From Candidatus Cloacimonadales bacterium (GTDB lineage Bacteria; Cloacimonadota; Cloacimonadia; Cloacimonadales; JAFGVF01): a stretch of DNA of 64,000 nt. Shown here in pieces: positions 61,255-64,000 of this stretch (the stretch's first letter is position 1; every line of letters starts with the position of its first letter). The position numbers and the translations under genes were made by a program. The stretch is taken from the NCBI GenBank assembly GCA_963662585.1, contig OY759729.1:512001-576000 (forward strand), given 5' to 3'. The notes under the pieces were generated by a model. The model made no database searches. It was given only the letters and a program-made list of their open reading frames with translations, and had not been told where the DNA came from.

Positions 61255-61329
61255 ATATTTAAGGAAAAAACTTGACCTTTATGATTCAGATAATATTTTG
61301 AACAAATAATTATTTTGGAGTAATAAGCT

Positions 61330-62001
61330 ATGTTAGATTTTAAGGCTGTAATTTTTGATTTAGATGGTACTTTAGTAAATACAATTGCTGATATTGCAAA
61401 CTCAATGAATAGAGTTTTAGAGTCAATGAATTTACCAAAGCATACTATATCTGAATACTATTACTTTGTTGGGGCAGGCCTAACAGAGTTATGTAGGAGA
61501 GTTTTGCCTGAAAATTTGCGTGATGAGAAGACTGTCTTACATTACAGGGAATTATTCAATCAAGATTATAATGAGAATTGGAGTAATGCAACATTGCCCT
61601 ATAGTGGTATTTTAGAATTATTAACTTACTTACTAACAATAGATAAAACTATTGCAGTTCTTTCTAACAAACCTGATGAATTCTGTAAAGTAATGGTAAA
61701 ACACTACTTTCCAGAGATAAACTTCTCAATCGTTAAGGGTAATATTGAGTCTATTCCTCCTAAACCTGACCCTGCAGGAGGAGATGCAATTATAAAAAGC
61801 CTTAAGATCGTCCCAAAAGAGGTCTTGTTTATTGGCGATTCTGATATTGATATGCAAACAGCACTTAATTGTGGATTCACTGGTATTGGTGCAGAATGGG
61901 GCTTTAGGACAAAAGAAGAACTTGAAAAAGCTGGAGCAAAATTTACTTTTAAGACTCCTCAAGACTTATTAACATTTTTAAAGGAGCAAGCATGCGAATA
62001 G
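61330..62001 (+). CDS. HAD-family phosphatase (phosphoglycolate phosphatase-like)
   Basis: FDLDGTL, LSNK, PKPDP, IGDSDID, WGFR. Confidence 0.9.
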   Translation: MLDFKAVIFDLDGTLVNTIADIANSMNRVLESMNLPKHTISEYYYFVGAGLTELCRRVLPENLRDEKTVLHYRELFNQDYNENWSNATLPYSGILELLTYLLTIDKTIAVLSNKPDEFCKVMVKHYFPEINFSIVKGNIESIPPKPDPAGGDAIIKSLKIVPKEVLFIGDSDIDMQTALNCGFTGIGAEWGFRTKEELEKAGAKFTFKTPQDLLTFLKEQACE

Positions 62002-62258
62002 ATCAAATATTGAACAAACTATGTTTAATAAAAACTAGATCAATAGCTAATCAAGCCTGCCATAAAGGCTTAATCGAAATAAATAACCAAGCAGTGAAAG
62101 CAAGCGCAACTGTTAAAGAAAATGATTTAGTATCAATAAAACTAAATGGTTATAAAACTGTAATCAAAATAGTTCAAGTACCTAATGGGAATGTTTCAAA
62201 AAAAAGTGCTCTTGACTATTATGAGCTTTTAGAAAGAAACTTATTGGATTCTGAATAA
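61992..62258 (+). CDS. S4-domain RNA-binding protein (Hsp15/RqcP-like)
   Basis: MRIDQIL..IKTRSIA..AC..G.I.IN...KAS..V..ND. Confidence 0.85.
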   Translation: MRIDQILNKLCLIKTRSIANQACHKGLIEINNQAVKASATVKENDLVSIKLNGYKTVIKIVQVPNGNVSKKSALDYYELLERNLLDSE

Positions 62259-62275
62259 TATAAAATGAGGAAAAA

Positions 62276-62581
62276 ATGACTACTGAAGAAAAACTTAAAT
62301 ATGGAGAAATGTCTAAAATCATCAAAGCAATGTCTCACCCTACAAGATTATTCATTGTTGATAAACTTAAAGAGAGAAAACACTGCGTGTGTGAGTTAAC
62401 TGATATGATTGAATCAGATATTTCTACTGTTTCCAGACATTTAACAGTTCTGAGAAAAGCTGGGATAATCTATGATGAGAAAATAAAGAACAATGTCTTT
62501 TATGCCCTGCGTTGTCCTTGTATTAGCAACTTCTACTCCTGTGTTGTTACAATCATAAATATTCAGAAAGATGAAGAATAA
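62276..62581 (+). CDS. ArsR/SmtB family regulator
   Basis: KAMSHPTRL, HCVCEL, STVSRHLTVL; Cys-rich C-terminus. Confidence 0.9.
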   Translation: MTTEEKLKYGEMSKIIKAMSHPTRLFIVDKLKERKHCVCELTDMIESDISTVSRHLTVLRKAGIIYDEKIKNNVFYALRCPCISNFYSCVVTIINIQKDEE

Positions 62582-62627
62582 TATAATTCCTAATCTCTCA
62601 TATATTAATAATCAAACGAATTTTTCC

Positions 62628-62655
62628 TTGACATTATTAACAGTGTTAATATTTT
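62628..62655 (+). promoter_or_regulatory. Promoter TTGACA-N16-TATTTT with operator ATTAACAGTGTTAAT in the spacer
   Basis: Consensus -35 at 62628-62633; palindrome at 62636-62650; ATG 7 nt after the putative -10. Confidence 0.65.
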
Positions 62656-62661
62656 AATTCT

Positions 62662-63249
62662 ATGAATAATAATAGTGATAAAGTTGATGTAAAAAAAATA
62701 ATTCTTGATGCAGCTAAAGAGCTCTTCTTAGAACAGGGGATTTCTAGTGTTTCAATGCGGAAAATAGCTAATAAAATTAACTATTCTCCGACAACATTGT
62801 ATATCTATTATTCCAATAAGAATGATATTTTAAAGCACTTAGCTAAAGATTATTTCAGTGAATATGCACAAGGCTATGAGGATATATTAGCTAATACTGA
62901 AAATTCAAGTATAGATAACTTGATAACTTTCATTAAGCTATATATTCACAGAGCTCTAGCTAACCCTGGTATGTACAAATTAATGACCACTCTGTTTGCA
63001 GAAACAGATAGTACACATTTGGGTATTACTAATGCAGGTAAAGGATATGAGATTCTCAAGACTTTGACTTCAAGATGCATAATTGATAAAGAACTCTCGG
63101 AAGGCGATGTAGATTTGAAAGCACAAATTCTCTGGGTCAATACTCACGGTCTCTGTTCTTTACTTACAAAACGACCAAGTTTCCACTGGAGTGAAATTGA
63201 ACTATTAGTAGATAGCAGTATTAATACTGTTATTAAAGGTTTAAAATAG
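62662..63249 (+). CDS. TetR/AcrR family regulator (WHG-type C-terminus)
   Basis: VSMRKIANKINYSPTTLYIYYSNK HTH; LWVNTHG. Confidence 0.92.
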   Translation: MNNNSDKVDVKKIILDAAKELFLEQGISSVSMRKIANKINYSPTTLYIYYSNKNDILKHLAKDYFSEYAQGYEDILANTENSSIDNLITFIKLYIHRALANPGMYKLMTTLFAETDSTHLGITNAGKGYEILKTLTSRCIIDKELSEGDVDLKAQILWVNTHGLCSLLTKRPSFHWSEIELLVDSSINTVIKGLK

Positions 63250-63268
63250 TTTTTTTTTACATAGCAAG

Positions 63269-63281
63269 TTAACACTGTTAA
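63269..63281. promoter_or_regulatory. Operator TTAACACTGTTAA
   Basis: Third copy of the palindrome, 21 nt upstream of the 63302 ATG. Confidence 0.6.
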
Positions 63282-63301
63282 TAAACAAATTAGGAGAAAA
63301 T

Positions 63302-64000
63302 ATGAAAAGAGTAATATTATTACTTATCGCTTTGATTGCTGTCGTATTAGTTTCAGCACAACCAGTTAGTTCACTATTTGAATCATTTGATGCTGAAGCA
63401 GTTATGCCAGATGGTTGGAGCACAATCATTGAATCAGAAAATACAGCAGCAAATGTTTGGGTACATACTTCAGACTTTGATGCTTACTCAGGAACAAACT
63501 TTATAAAAATGTATGGAGATACTGAAGCTGATCAAGACTATATTATGTTAGTAACTCCAGAGTTAACTCAACTTTCAGATAATGAACTTACTTTTATGGC
63601 GAAAAGTAGCTGGGGACAAGACACTGACTCTTTAAGAATCGGTTCAATGACAGACCCTACTGATAGAAATACCTATACTGAATTAGCTGTGTTTGCTCTT
63701 ACTTTCGAATATCAACAGTTTAGTGTAAGTTTCTCACCAGAAAACAGTGATAGTTATATTGCATTCTTGCACATGCCTTTGGGAACAGTTGGTTATTCAG
63801 CATATATTGATGATATCTCTTGGGAATCATCAGCAACAATACCTAATCCTGCAACAGTAGTAGCACCTCTTAACGGAGCTGAAGATGTTATTATCACTTA
63901 TGATAGTCATGGACTTCAATTCCCATTAGTATGGTCTTCAAATGGTGGAAATCCAACAAGTTATATCCTTAACTTTGGAACAAACAATCCTCCTGACAAC
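63302..64000 (+). CDS. Secreted protein with cleaved-adhesin (choice-of-anchor J)-like domain, truncated by window end
   Basis: AGGAG SD; manual translation MKRVILLLIALIAVVLVSAQPVSSLFESFD..PDGW...MLVTPEL...YIAF..YIDDISWE..., open to the window end. Confidence 0.8.
   Translation, partial: MKRVILLLIALIAVVLVSAQPVSSLFESFDAEAVMPDGWSTIIESENTAANVWVHTSDFDAYSGTNFIKMYGDTEADQDYIMLVTPELTQLSDNELTFMAKSSWGQDTDSLRIGSMTDPTDRNTYTELAVFALTFEYQQFSVSFSPENSDSYIAFLHMPLGTVGYSAYIDDISWESSATIPNPATVVAPLNGAEDVIITYDSHGLQFPLVWSSNGGNPTSYILNFGTNNPPDN

Overview
AT-rich chromosomal window from a Gram-negative FCB-group bacterium. The lpxC-fabZ fusion and many secreted proteins ending in a YPNPFNPxTxI...KMILMK FlgD-Ig/T9SS-like C-terminal domain (CTD) point to Candidatus Cloacimonadota (inference). 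Housekeeping genes: alr, glsA, skp-lpxD-lpxC/fabZ-lpxA, tRNA-Ala(GGC), gyrB-gyrA, sdaA, secDF, a shikimate operon without aroK, tpiA, serS. Accessory content: an M6 protease and two pairs of paralogous GLUG-repeat surface proteins. One pair is interrupted by short locally templated insertions; the other carries a CBM5/12-like insert. Features missed by the ORF track: (1) a 165-nt rod-and-bubble RNA upstream of yitT with 6S RNA architecture; (2) a GIY-YIG nuclease pseudogene behind tRNA-Ala, joined to it by a palindromic linker whose core motif recurs elsewhere; (3) three mosaic clusters of REP/REPIN-like hairpins with compensatory base changes, including a 178-bp tandem array; (4) a TTAACA(C/G)TGTTAA operator shared by a probably leaderless TetR gene and two secreted-protein genes 63 kb apart. 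Other oddities: a K+ channel beside a stand-alone cNMP-binding protein, degenerate prenyltransferase and SDR active sites, and a non-canonical gyrase QRDR. No CRISPR array, integrase, transposase or reverse transcriptase was seen. All calls are from manual motif reading; no database searches were run.
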